The notes below the pieces were generated by a model. It made no database searches. It saw only the letters and a program-made list of their open reading frames with translations, and was not told the origin of the DNA. A stretch of 64,000 nucleotides of DNA, taken from NCBI GenBank assembly GCA_002269645.1, contig NIVC01000111.1, forward strand, positions 186,001-250,000, given 5' to 3'. Every line of letters begins with the position of its first letter. Within the stretch, counting starts at the first letter, position 1. Position numbers and translations under genes: made by a program. This DNA comes from Macrostomum lignano. Its lineage: Eukaryota. Of this stretch, positions 1 to 11,740 are shown one piece after another.

Positions 1-1699
1 TAATCCATATATTCATTTTATTGTCTAGATTTTCTGCTATTCGATCTAATTTTTAATTGGTCGCAGTCAAAATATTGTATGTGCAAGAATTTCTGCCGCC
101 AGCAGTCAATATTATTGTCAATATATTAGCAAAAGTTTTGTTGGACGTCATTTGTAGTAGCAGTCGATTTGTGAGAGTCATTTGTCATATACCCATTTCG
201 AGCCGCCTCTAAATGGGCCTTTTAATATTGCTTGTTCTGGTTCTAGAACCAGATCCAATTTCTAAAGTAAAAATTTTTGTCTACTAAACTAGAATATACG
301 TGCTAAAGTTTTATTTATTGAATGCATGAAATAATAGAAAAAAAGAAAGTGAAAAATTGTGCAAAGTGAGGCTGTTAAGGCAGTCAAACATTCAAGAAAG
401 TTAAATAGTTATACTGCTTTTCTTTGAAGATCGGAATCGATTCTGGTTCCGGAATCGGTAAATATGAAAAGCATAAAAAGTTACGCTCAAATGTACTTTT
501 TCTGACGTTAAAACAATCGTAGGCAACAATATTTTTAGAAAGGTGCATTTTTCTAAACTATGGTTAGCCGAGGCCAACAATAGATATATTATCTAAAATT
601 TTATAGTCTAAACAAACAAGACAAAGAATTACAATTTTCTAATGATTTTATTTTAAATCATGTTGTGAAAAAAGAGATCATCGTCGTTGTCGAAGAATTA
701 GTTGATTGATTGATTGACAATCACATCACATGATCACACCGATTAGACTTGGGAACATTGACATTCATAGTTTTAAGTGTTTGTTGTCACGTCCACAATG
801 TCACCATGGAGTTTAAGATTTTTTGCCTTGGCTATAACTAACGGACTAAAATGTCACCTGGTACCTATTTACAGACTCACAGTATGTATGAAGGCATATT
901 TTAATATGAATGAATCTCTTAGTCTTAGTTTGCTGCGTTAAATTATTTATCAGTTTTTTCACACAGAAATGGTCATAACAGGCAGAATATGAGTAGCAGG
1001 CATATTGCCATATTATAATAAGTGTGTCAGGTAAGTATCGTCAGATCAGTAATAGGCCTATTAATTAAATAATAGGCCTACTAATAATAGTGAGCCTGAG
1101 CCACCCAGTAAAGGCGAGGCAGTGCATAAGTCAGCAGCTTCAGCAGCTGCAACAGGGTTAGATATGGCTGCCCTGGAAAAAAACATCCTTTGGGATGGCC
1201 TTCTGTGTCCTGCAGGTAGGAAATGATCAGCAGTAGCTGTCAACAAACTGGGCTCTGTCGCTTTATTTAGTCACTGTTGCTGCATAGCTGGAGTCTTAAG
1301 ACATTATTCACAGACCCAAGAATTCCTCAGGAGCCCATACACGATACACAGCTAACTAGCAAATAGTCAACATCTTGTTGGCTATTAGCAATATAAGCTC
1401 CTTGGCTTTAGGTTAACATTGGCTTTAAAATGGCTCAGGCCTATTATTAAGTAAAAAATGTAAAGTATAGAAATTAAATTATATTATCTATTTTCTAAAA
1501 TTACAATTTGCATTTTTCCTATCTTTAACTTATAATTAGGCCTATTACCTATATATACTTTACTTTAAATAACTACTAGTAATACTTATATATTAGACCT
1601 TTTTAGGTTAATGTGCTTATTTTTTAAAAAAGTCTTATTTGATTAAATATAAAATAATTAATTCGGCCTAAGCAAACAGAATACTTGGGCTTAAATCTA

Positions 1700-2400
1700 G
1701 TCTATTCTATAATAGGCCTCTAGTCAATTTCAGTAATAACCATTTTGTTAATAAACCATTTTGGCAACAATTGCTTAAGTGATAAAGTAAGACTAACTAA
1801 ATAATAAATTTAATGGTAACAGTTTATACAATTTAGGTCTTATATCTAATATATAAACATTAATTAAAATACTATTTTCCTTTATTTCCAACTGATTTGG
1901 TTTAAATATCTGATAAAACAGATTCAAATACCAAATAATACTAAATAAAAACAAATATTTTAGTAAAAATATCCTTTTAGTAGCCCTCAAAAAACAGTAA
2001 TAGGCTAGTATCTTTATTTCTTTTTCAATGAAATGTACTTAAACCAAATGCTAATCCTACTCTATATTTGTGAGAACCAGTGCTTTTGAATCAATGTTAT
2101 ATAAATTTAATTCCTAATAACCCCCCTCTAAAACCTCAATTTAAGCATTGGGACTACTTAATCATCCTTGCCTTTCATCAAGAATTGCCCTATATTGTTC
2201 CATTTTTTATTTTCTCCCCTCATTTATAAGCCATAAGCTTATAGCCTATAACCTCTAATATAATTCTTCAAGCTTCAATGTCTTAGTCCTCCATTCCTCC
2301 TAAAGCCTTCTCAACTTTAACTTAATGTACTCAATTGTTACATCTCTAATCTCTCTACCTTTTCTCAGAGCACAATGATCCCTAATTCTTTCTCTAAATT
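1700..2400 (-). mobile_element. Possible heavily decayed reverse-transcriptase relic (LTR-retroelement type)
   Basis: AT-rich and almost CpG-free. One - strand frame, riddled with stops, reads ELGII...RRNGGLRH*SLKN...WFSQI...GYFY...LFGI..CFIRYLNQI...FIY*I*DL. This loosely follows the order of RT motifs (GII, KxxGxxR, FSxxD, GxyxxxxxPFG, FxRxxxxI, YxDD), but the spacing is imperfect. Confidence 0.2.
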
Positions 2401-3089
2401 TTAAGCTACAACATCAATATTTTATATTTTTATTCTTGAATTATCTTAAATCTTTGTTCTACATGCTCATATGCTCATATTGGCAAATATTTGATATTCT
2501 GATTATTATTTTTTGAATTCTGATTTGAAATGAAAATTTGTTTAATTTGAAATTCCAAATATTCTAAATATTTGTCTTATCTCTAGGCAATTTTGTCCAA
2601 GGTACACAAAACAAAAATGGCAATGAATCAATACAAGCTATATTTGTCAATAAACAAAGCAAGTTCATTACATTTTTAACAATAGCACCTAGTTTTTATT
2701 TGCATAGTGTTGCCAAAAGGTTGTTATAAAAATGGAATATATTGTATAAATTAAAAAGTATACTTGTTAAAAGAGTTAGAATAAATGCAATTATTTATTC
2801 AAGCATAAATAGTATTAAAATCAAAGTAATTACTATTAAAAATAAATAAAGTTATCTAACAATAAGGAAAGTGTATGTCTCAATAGTTAAGTTATATATT
2901 AACATCATCAATTATATTGTTGTTTAATTATTGTCCTAGCATTGGTATTATGTACAAATTTTCCTGCTAAATCATTCAAAATTTAGTATATTATGAGTAT
3001 GCATTTAGTATATATGAAGACATAGTTTTAATGTTTGTTATTTAATATGGGGATAGAAGTTGAGGTAGTATGTCCCTTAGTCTTTCAGG

Positions 3090-3375
3090 TTGATCTTCTA
3101 TGCTCCCTAGCCTTTCAAGTTAAGCTGCCATGCCCTCCCTCAGTCTTTTAGGTTGAGCTGCAATGCCCCCAGTCCTTCAGGTTGAGCTGCAATGCCCCCC
3201 CAGTCCTTCAGGTTGAGCTGCAATGCCCCCCAGTCCTTCAGGTTGAGCTGCAATGCCCCCAGTCCTTCAGGTTGAGCTGCAATGCCCCCCAGTCCTTCAG
3301 GTTGAGCTGCAATGCCCCCCAGTCCTTCAGGTTTAGCTGCCATGCCCCCCAGTCCTTCAGGTTAAGCTGCCAGCC
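3090..3375. repeat. Minisatellite, about 30-31 bp unit (CAGTCCTTCAGGTTGAGCTGCAATGCCCCC), just upstream of the ANAPC16-like ATG
   Basis: Direct tandem copies are visible. It accounts for ORFs 3140..3343 and 3182..3391. Confidence 0.95.
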
Positions 3376-3500
3376 ATCATGCAGTCACTGAGACTGGTTT
3401 CTCTCATTACTCGGTAACCACCCACTGAAGCCCGAACTGAACCGAATGCATGCCAGTTGGTAGCGCTCCATACTAAACAAATCTCGGCTCCCCATCCGTC

Positions 3501-3869
3501 ATGTCGATGCCGTCCTCGGTCACAGCGGCTCCTCGCATTCGCATCAGCGGAAGCGCCGCAGCAGCAGCAGCAGCAGCCGCAGCCGCCAGTTCATCTTTTG
3601 TAGGTCTGGACGACCTCTGCGGCCCGCTGTTCAGGCGGTCCATCGATGGCAGCTCATCTGCGGGAGCGTCGGCTGCAGCGGCGGATCTGCACAGCAGCCG
3701 CGCTGTTGACGCCCGCCTGCAGGTGTGCCAGGAGGTGGACACGGGCCTCGCCCAACTGGCCAGGGATCTGCACGAGTCCCGGCTCAGAGAGATGCGCCAA
3801 TTAGCCAGAGACTTGGTTGATGACAAGTGGCGTTACACCAATGTTGAGTCACTGATTGGTGGCAATTAA
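3501..3869 (+). CDS. ANAPC16: Anaphase-promoting complex subunit 16-like protein (122 aa, single coding exon)
   Basis: ATG 3501 to TAA 3869 in a GC-rich island. It has a Ser/Ala-rich N-terminus. The C-terminus LARDLVDDKWRYTNVESLIG matches the APC16 signature (human [20 protein letters not shown], from memory). Confidence 0.65.
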   Translation: MSMPSSVTAAPRIRISGSAAAAAAAAAAASSSFVGLDDLCGPLFRRSIDGSSSAGASAAAADLHSSRAVDARLQVCQEVDTGLAQLARDLHESRLREMRQLARDLVDDKWRYTNVESLIGGN

Positions 3870-4039
3870 TTCTAGCGCGTTATTTTCGATTTAGAATACG
3901 GAAGTAATGCTAACTATCGATATATTTTTTATCAAGAAAGTTGGGTTATTTGCTAGCGAGGAACTGGCTACATCAATTTCCAACATGTCGATACAGGAAT
4001 CTGTAAAAATTACTATGTGCTTATCCCATTCAGTCTATA

Positions 4040-4775
4040 ATTATCTGCGCACTTAGTGAGTGACATCTAGATCTCAACTGTGCGCTTATTGAGTGACATC
4101 TAGATCTCAACTGTGCGCTCTTTGATTGACATCTAGATCTCAACTGTGCGCTCTTTGATTGACATCTAGATCTCAACTGCGCGCTCTTTGATTGACATCT
4201 AGATCTCAACTGCGCGCTTAGTGAGTGACATCTAAAACTCAACTGCGCGCTCTTTGATTGACATCTAGATCTCAACTGCGCGCTTAGTGAGTGACATCTA
4301 GATCTCAACTGTGCGCTCTTTGATTGACATCTAGATCTCAACTGCGCGCTCTTTGAGTGACATCTAGATCTCAACTGTGCGCTCTTTGATTGACATCTAG
4401 ATCTCAACTGCGCGCTCTTTGATTGACATCTAGATCTCAACTGTGCGCTCTTTGATTGACATCTAGATCTCAACTGCGCGCTTATTGAGTGACATCTAGA
4501 TCTCAACTGCGCGCTTATTGAGTGACATCTAGATCTCAACTGCGCGCTTATTGAGTGACATATCTAGATCTCAACTGCGCGCTTGTTGAGTGACATCTAG
4601 ATCTCAACTGCGCGCTTGTTGAGTGACATCTAGATCTCAACTGCGCGCTTGTTGAGTGACATCTAGATCTCAACTGCGCGCTTGTTGAGTGACATCTAGA
4701 TCTCAACTGCGCGCTTGTTGAGTGACATCTAGATCTCAACTGCGCGCTTGTTGAGTGACATCTAGATCAACTGCG
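4040..4775. repeat. Minisatellite, 33 bp unit (GAGTGACATCTAGATCTCAACTGCGCGCTTGTT)
   Basis: About 22 tandem copies. The 11-aa periodicity of ORFs 4030..4539 and 4548..4739 confirms the 33 bp unit. Confidence 0.95.
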
Positions 4776-5127
4776 CACTTTTATTGAACAATTAATTAGA
4801 ATTGCAAGTTGCACGCTGGCTGTTGACGCGCATAATAATATTTGCGCTCTTGTACATCGCATGTATATTTGAGTTGGATATGTACATACATACGCATTTT
4901 AAATACCACTTTGCTAATAATACTTCAAGTAATTACTACTCATACAATCCTTTTCGATGGAGAAGTGGTGAATTTTAATTATTTGTTAATATTAATTTGT
5001 ACTTTTCAGTATTTTCAATGCAAATCAGCATTGCTATTGCTATCGTATTCCCTCTGTGTCTTCACATTGTCGCTTATTGACTTTGGTTAAAAATTCTATC
5101 CGGTAATTAACATGCTACAACACAATG

Positions 5128-5960
5128 ATTTAGGGCAGCTAGATCACAGTGGGGATGATTTAGGGTAGCTAGATCACAGTGGGGATGATTTAGGGTAGCT
5201 AGATTACAGTGGGGATGATTTAGGGTAGCTAGATCACAGTGGGGATGATTTAGGGTAGCTAGATCACAGTGGGGATGATTTAGGGTAGCTAGATCACAGT
5301 GGGGATGATTTAGGGTAGCTAGATTACAGTGGGATGATTTAGGGTAGCTAGATCACAGTGAGGATGATTTAGGGTAGGCAAATTACAATGGAGATAATTA
5401 AGGATGGCTACAACACAATGAGAATGATTTAAGGTGGCTAGAAAAAAATGGAAACGATTTAGGGTAGCTAGAACACAATGGAAATGATTTAGGGCAGCTA
5501 GAACACAATGGAAATGATTTAGGGCAGCTAAAACACAATGGAAATGATTTAGGGCAGCTAGAACACAATGGATATGATTTAGGGCAGCTAGAACACAATG
5601 GATATGATTTAGGGCAGCTAGAACACAATGGAAATGATTTAGGGCAGCTAGAACACAATGAAAATGATTTAGGGCAGCTAAAACACAATGGATATGATTT
5701 AGGTTAGCTAGAACACAATGGATATGATTTAGGGCAGCTAGAACACAATGGATATGATTTAGGGCAGCTAGAACACAATGAAAATGATTTAGGGCAGCTA
5801 GAACACAATGGATTTGATTTAGGGCAGCTAGAACACAATGGATATGATTTAGGTTAGCTAGAACACAATGGATTTGATTTAGGGCAGCTAGAACACAATG
5901 GATATTATTTAGGGCAGCTAGAACACAATGGATATGATTTAGGGCAGCTAGAAAACAATG
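5128..5960. repeat. Minisatellite, 30 bp unit (AGGGCAGCTAGAACACAATGGATATGATTT), in a predicted 5'UTR intron or outron of MLST8
   Basis: Two sub-arrays of 30-mers. It is bracketed by a candidate donor CG|GTAATT (5103) and an acceptor CCCGCAG| (6012), 9 nt before the MLST8 ATG. Confidence 0.9.
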
Positions 5961-6021
5961 GGATTGATTGTGAGCTGACAATAACATCCCAATGTACCGT
6001 TCCTGCCCGCAGCCCCAACCA

Positions 6022-6393
6022 ATGTCTGAGGAGCCGATCATTTTGGCCACGGCCGGCTACGAGAATGTGATCAAGCTGTGGCAGGCCTACAGTGCTCAGC
6101 TTATCCGGCAGCTTGAGCACGCCGGCTCCCAGGTGAATGCGCTCAGCATTTCCCCAGACAGGCGCACCTTGGCAGCCGCCGGCTACGAGCACATCCGCCT
6201 GTACGACATCGGCGACACGTTGGTCACCTCGCCTTCGCTGTCCTTCGACATGCAGAAGAACATCACGGCTGTTGGCTTCGACGGCCACGGCAAGTGGATG
6301 TACAGCGGCGGCGAGGACTGCGTCTGCCGGGTGTGGGACCTGCGACACGCCAGGGGCGGGCAGGGCGGCAACCCCTGCAGCAGACTGTTCCAG
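6022..6393 (+). CDS. MLST8: mTOR-associated protein LST8 (WD40), coding exon 1
   Basis: MSEEPIILATAGYENVIKLWQA...SQVNAL...AAAGYEHIRLYD...KNITAVGF...WMYSGGEDC..RVWDLR is the diagnostic LST8 N-terminus. The exon ends at CAG|GTGGGG (phase 0). Confidence 0.95.
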
Positions 6394-6451
6394 GTGGGGT
6401 TGGCGTGCAAATCATCACTGCTAATGCTGTCTTATTCACTATGTCTGCCCG

Positions 6452-6487
6452 CTGTCTGTCTGTCTGTCTGTCTGCCTGTCTGTCTGC

Positions 6488-6522
<35 letters not shown>

Positions 6523-6540
6523 CCTGTCTGTCTGTCTGCC

Positions 6541-6573
<33 letters not shown>

Positions 6574-6576
6574 GCC

Positions 6577-6641
<65 letters not shown>

Positions 6642-6677
6642 GCCTGTCTGTCTGCCTGTCTGTCTGTCTGTCTGTCT

Positions 6678-6712
<35 letters not shown>

Positions 6713-6760
6713 AGTCAGTCAGACAGTCTGTCTGTCTGTGTGTCTGTCTGTCTGTCTGTG

Positions 6761-6805
<45 letters not shown>

Positions 6806-6833
6806 TAGTGTCTGTCTGTCTGTCTGTCTGTCT
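6452..6833. repeat. (TCTG)n/(CCTG)n/(TCAG)n microsatellite in MLST8 intron 1
   Basis: Tetranucleotide tandem array is visible. Confidence 0.97.
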
Positions 6834-6976
6834 CTATAGACAGAGACTTTAGTCTCTTTGTCTTCACGTGTTCGTCTGTCTGTCTTAGCGCGTGAACTAG
6901 TCTGTCTGTTGGCCCGTCCCCTCAGTGTTCGCTTTAGTGTTGATATTAGTCTGCTATCGCACTTTCACCTGGGCAG

Positions 6977-7366
6977 GTGAACGGCCCCATCACATCGGTG
7001 TGCCTGCACCCCAATCAAATCGAGTTATTTGTCGGCGACGCCACCGGCGCGGTGCACATCTGGGATCTGCGCAGCAACCAGAGCTGCTCGCTGGTGCCCG
7101 ACCTCGACGCCCGGATTCAGTCCGTGGCTGTCAATCAGGCCGGCACGCACCTGGCCGCTCTGGCCAACACCGGCAGCTGCTTCATGTGGTCGCTGGCCAG
7201 CGCCGTCACCAACGTGTCGGGCAGCCAGGCCGTCCCCAAGGCTCGGATCGCTGCCCACTCTGGCTACGGCCTGAGGTGCGCCTTCTCACCTGACAGCACC
7301 CTGCTGGCCACCTGCGGCTCCGACCGCCTGTGCAACGTTTGGAAAACGTCCGATTATCAGAAACAG
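6977..7366 (+). CDS. MLST8: LST8 coding exon 2
   Basis: Acceptor GGGCAG|GTG. It reads VNGPITSVCLHPNQIELFVGDATGAVHIWDL...KARIAAHSGYGLRCAFSPDSTLLATC and ends at CAG|GTGCGC. Confidence 0.95.
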
Positions 7367-7384
7367 GTGCGCTTGAGTTGAGCT

Positions 7385-7830
7385 CTCTTCCCTTCTCCCC
7401 TTCTCCCCTTCTCCCTTTCTTCTCTGTTGGGTCTTGCTGGGCTTCGGTTTCTTACCTTTTACTTTTTCCTTACCCGAGACACTTGCCCTCCTCTCTCTCC
7501 CTCCCTCTATCTCCATCTCTCCCTCCTGTCTCTCCCTCTCCCCCTCTCTCCCTCTCCATCTCTCCCTCCTCTCCCTCTCCTCTCCCTCTCTCCCCCCTCT
7601 CGCTCCCTTTCTCCCTCTCCTCCCACTCTCCCCCGTCTCTCCCACTCTCCTCTCCTCCTCCCCTCTTTCTCTATTCCCTCTTTCTCCCTATTCATCTCTC
7701 CCTCCTCTCCCTCTCCTCTCCCTCTCTCCCCCCTCTCGCTCCCTCTCTCCCTCCCTCTTCATTTCTCCCACTCTCTCCAATTTCTTTTATCTCCCCTTCT
7801 CTTTCCTTATTTTTATTCTCTCCTCTTTCT
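7385..7830. repeat. CT-rich low-complexity polypyrimidine tract in MLST8 intron 2
   Basis: About 450 bp of nearly pure C/T. Confidence 0.9.
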
Positions 7831-8052
7831 ATTACTCCCCATTAATACCAGTCCCTCCGATAGCCGCCGCACTGTATGAAAAGCCATATAAGCCAGTAGC
7901 TAATGGGATAGAATCCCACAGAAGCAATTCCCTGTCCCACAGCGGCACCACAGCACTCTCCGCTATGCAGATTTAAAGCTTAGAAAAGCAAAAATTGAGT
8001 TAGGCCTACCGCACGCAGACCCAACCAATGACCGCTGCCCGACCCGCTTAAG

Positions 8053-8283
8053 GTTGAACTATCGGGAGCCGACAAATGGGTTTGGGATTGCGCCTTCTCG
8101 GCCGACTCAGAGTTCGTTGTCACCGTGTCCTCCGACGGCTGCGCCCGGCTCTACTCCATTGACGACGGCGCCAAGCCCAGGCGGGAGTACCGCGGCTCCA
8201 CTAAGTCTGCCGGGCACGGCAGCACCTCAGCCAAGCCCATGACCTGCCTGGCCTTTGTTGATGACAGCTATGCTGATGACTGA
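8053..8283 (+). CDS. MLST8: LST8 coding exon 3 (total CDS 330 aa)
   Basis: Acceptor CTTAAG|GTT. It reads [35 protein letters not shown]...REYRG...[11 protein letters not shown], matching LST8 [20 protein letters not shown]...REYGGHQKAVVCLAF. Stop TGA at 8281-8283. Confidence 0.9.
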   Translation, partial: VELSGADKWVWDCAFSADSEFVVTVSSDGCARLYSIDDGAKPRREYRGSTKSAGHGSTSAKPMTCLAFVDDSYADD

Positions 8284-8284
8284 G

Positions 8285-8309
8285 CAGACACGGACAGACA
8301 CAGACAGGC

Positions 8310-8382
<73 letters not shown>

Positions 8383-8449
8383 CAGACAGACAGACGCACA
8401 GACAGACACAGACAGACAGGCAGACACACAGACAGACAGACAGACAGGC

Positions 8450-8502
<53 letters not shown>

Positions 8503-8536
8503 GGCAGACACACAGACAGACAGGCAGACAGACAGG

Positions 8537-8566
<30 letters not shown>
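8285..8566. repeat. (CAGA)n microsatellite immediately after the MLST8 stop
   Basis: The array starts 2 nt after TGA. It is the reverse complement of the intron-1 array. Confidence 0.97.
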
Positions 8567-8568
<2 letters not shown>

Positions 8569-9104
8569 GTCGATAAAGCACTTTCTGTCCGGCTCTTTCT
8601 GCATTGCACACCATTGATCAGCAGTACAAAGTGCGGCTTATTATGATTGTCTAGTCGGCAAGGTATTTACATCTATAACCATTCTTTTTGAAATATTAAG
8701 TAAATTTAAACTTCAGTGCCACCAATAGTTAGCTCTGGCGTTATGGATTTGTACTCCAAGTTTCGAAGAAAAATTATCTGCTTCTGAATGCTTATTTGTT
8801 GTCGTTAGATTGTGCTTTTTTGTAGAGCCATATGTTCAGTCTTGTAATAAGCTTCTACAGTACTCAAATGTGCTCTATTTGCTATTAAACTGCCTAATGC
8901 TTGTCTTTCAGTTATTGCATATATGTTGTTACAGTACTGCTCAGTAATGGTGCTTTATGGATGTAATTAATAATAATACTCGACCTCTTGGTTGTTTACG
9001 ATTGAGCACGAGTAGTTTTGTGTCTTTACTTCGATTTTTTAACTGCAGTCCTTTAACTGCAGGCTTTTAGTTGCTTAGGTATGAGAGATGTTAGAGATTT
9101 TATC

Positions 9105-10727
9105 ATCCCGTCTCTTCTCACCTCTGAGATTCCGTCTCTTCTCACCTCTGAGATCCCGTCTCTTCTCACCTCTGAGATCCCGTCTCTTCTCATCTCTGAG
9201 ATCCCGTCTCTTCTCATCTCTGAGATTCCGTCTCGTCTCATCTCTTAGATTCCATCTCTTCTCATCTCTGAGATTCCGTCTCTTCTCATCTCTGAGATTC
9301 CGTCTCTTCTCATCTCTGAGATCCCGTCTCTTCTCATCTCTGAGATTCCGTCTCTTCTCATCTCTGAGATCCCGTCTCTTCTCATCTCTGAGATTCCGTC
9401 TCTTCTCATCTCTGAGATTCCGTCTCTTCTCATCTCTTAGATTCCATCTCTTCTCATCTCTGAGATCCCGTCTCTTCTCATCTCTGAGATTCCGTCTCTT
9501 CTCATCTCTGAGATCCCGTCTCTTCTCATCTCAGAGATCCCGTCTCTTCTCATCTCTGAGATCCCGTCTCTTCTCATCTCTTAGATTCCGTCTCTTCTCA
9601 TCTCTTAGATTCCATCTCTTCTCATCTCTGAGATTCCGTCTGTTCTCATCTCTGAGATCCCGTCTCTTCTCATCTCTTAGATTCCATCTATTCTCATCTC
9701 TGAGATTCCGTCTCTTCTCATCTTTGAGATTCCGTCTCTTCTCATCTCAGAGATCCCGTCTCTTCTCATCTCTGAGATTCCGTCTCTTCTCATCTCTGAG
9801 ATTCCGTCTCTTCTCATCTCTGAGATCCCGTCTCTTCTCATCTCTGAGATTCCGTCTCTTCTCATCTCTGAGATCCCGTCTCTTCTCATCTCTGAGATTC
9901 CGCCTCTTCTCATCTCTGAGATTCCGTCTCTTCTCATCTCTTAGATTCCATCTCTTCTCATCTCTGAGATTCCGTCTGTTCTCATCTCAGAGATCCCGTC
10001 TCTTCTCATCTCTTAGATTCCATCTCTTCTCATCTCTGAGATTCCGTCTCTTCTCATCTTTGAGATTCCGTCTCTTCTCATCTCTGAGATTCCGTCTCTT
10101 CTCATCTCTGAGATCCCGTCTCTTCTCATCTCTGAGATTCCGTCTCTTCTCATCTCTGAGATCCCGTCTCTTCTCATCTCTGAGATTCCGTCTCTTCTCA
10201 TCTCTGAGATTCCGTCTCTTCTCATCTCTGAGATCCCGTCTCTTCTCATCTCTGAGATTCCGTCTCTTCTCATCTCTGAGATCCCGTCTCTTCTCATCTC
10301 TTAGATTCCATCTATTCTCATCTCTGAGATTCCGTCTCTTCTCATCTTTGAGATTCCGTCTCTTCTCATCTCAGAGATCCCGTCTCTTCTCATCTCTGAG
10401 ATTCCGTCTCTTCTCATCTTTGAGATTCCGTCTCTTCTCATCTCAGAGATCCCGTCTCTTCTCATCTCTGAGATCCCGTCTCTTCTCATCTCTGAGATTC
10501 CGTCTCTTCTCATCTCTGAGATCCCGTCTCTTCTCATCTCAGAGATTCCGTCTCTTCTCATCTCTGAGATTCCGTCTCTTCTCATCTCTTAGATTCCATC
10601 TCTTCTCATCTCTGAGATTCCATCTCTTCTCATCTCTGAGATCCCGTCTCTTCTCATCTCTTAGATTCCATCTCTTCTCATCTCTGAGATTCCGTCTCTT
10701 CTCATCTCTGAGATCCCGTCTCTTCTT
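9105..10727. repeat. Minisatellite, 24 bp unit (CGTCTCTTCTCATCTCTGAGATYC), about 67 copies
   Basis: Highly homogeneous tandem array. It creates the spurious 550-aa ORF 9088..10740. Confidence 0.98.
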
Positions 10728-11691
10728 ACCCCTCAGGTAGGTGTTTTCCCACCCTGCAACTCTCATTCATCCCACCTAATCTCAGAATATTTTACGTGTA
10801 TTTTTCTTTCCTTTTGCGACCTTTATTGTCCTTGAACCGGCTGAGTGCTGGGCTGCACGGACCTGTGCTAATAATGAGAGATAGCGCCCCTTTGATCAGC
10901 CGAAGTGTGCCTCCTACCTTTAATGGAAACGACTACTGGAGCGTGAAACCTTGTTATGACCTGCACAGCCTACAGACAGGCTGAAATATCCCCATTGCTA
11001 ATCCCCTGTCTCTTCCCCTTCTCTGCTACACCCTGGGCTGCAGTGTACCTGCATCTCTGCTTCAACTTGATTTCGTCATATTATATGGGGCTTCGCTGTG
11101 ATTTTTGCCTACTAATAAATTGCGTGCTGCTTTGATCATTTAGATCTAGCCATTTTTCTGCCTGACTTATTGGCTTATAGCGGAGTATTTTTACCTGATA
11201 TTCATGCGATACTTGTACTTTAAAAGTATGAAATTCCATAAATGGGATTTGAGATTTGTCAGTTTTGAGGTCTTTTCAGCCAATTTCCATTTACTTTCTG
11301 CAGAAATTTCAACACTAACCTTTGAGCGTTAGTTTTATATCTTAAGTTTTAATTATACACTGGAGCCTACATGTATATCATGTCTGTCTGGCTAGTTCCT
11401 AGCATCTGAGACCTAAGCCCTACCTCTCATTATTTAAGCAGAAAGTCGCGTCTTACTGATATGCCCCATATAAACTCCCGAATTCCCTGTGCTCCCCTGC
11501 TGCCAACCCTTTGTGTGCACTTTCCAGTTGCGTATCCTGCAGTGCGGGTGTATTTTATATATAGTGTGCTCGAGTCCTGAGACACTAAATACCTTTATAT
11601 GCACCGAGCGTGACTGGCTGAAGAGGAGTTTCGAATAGCAATTATTGATCAGCCAAGTGTGCCGCTCTTCGTGACGAAACCTGATTCTGCT

Positions 11692-11740
<49 letters not shown>

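Noticed and set aside
6394-6852. C-terminal SVCL-rich extension of the 286-aa MLST8 ORF
   Set aside because: It is read-through into intron 1; splicing at 6393/6977 restores the WD40 sequence.
9088-10740. 550-aa ORF (FSSLRFRL repeats) and the many other periodic ORFs at 3.1, 4.0, 5.3, 11.6, 16.2, 18.6, 22.8, 24.3, 32.6 and 36 kb
   Set aside because: They are translations of stop-free minisatellites with non-ATG or repeat-internal starts and no domain signal.
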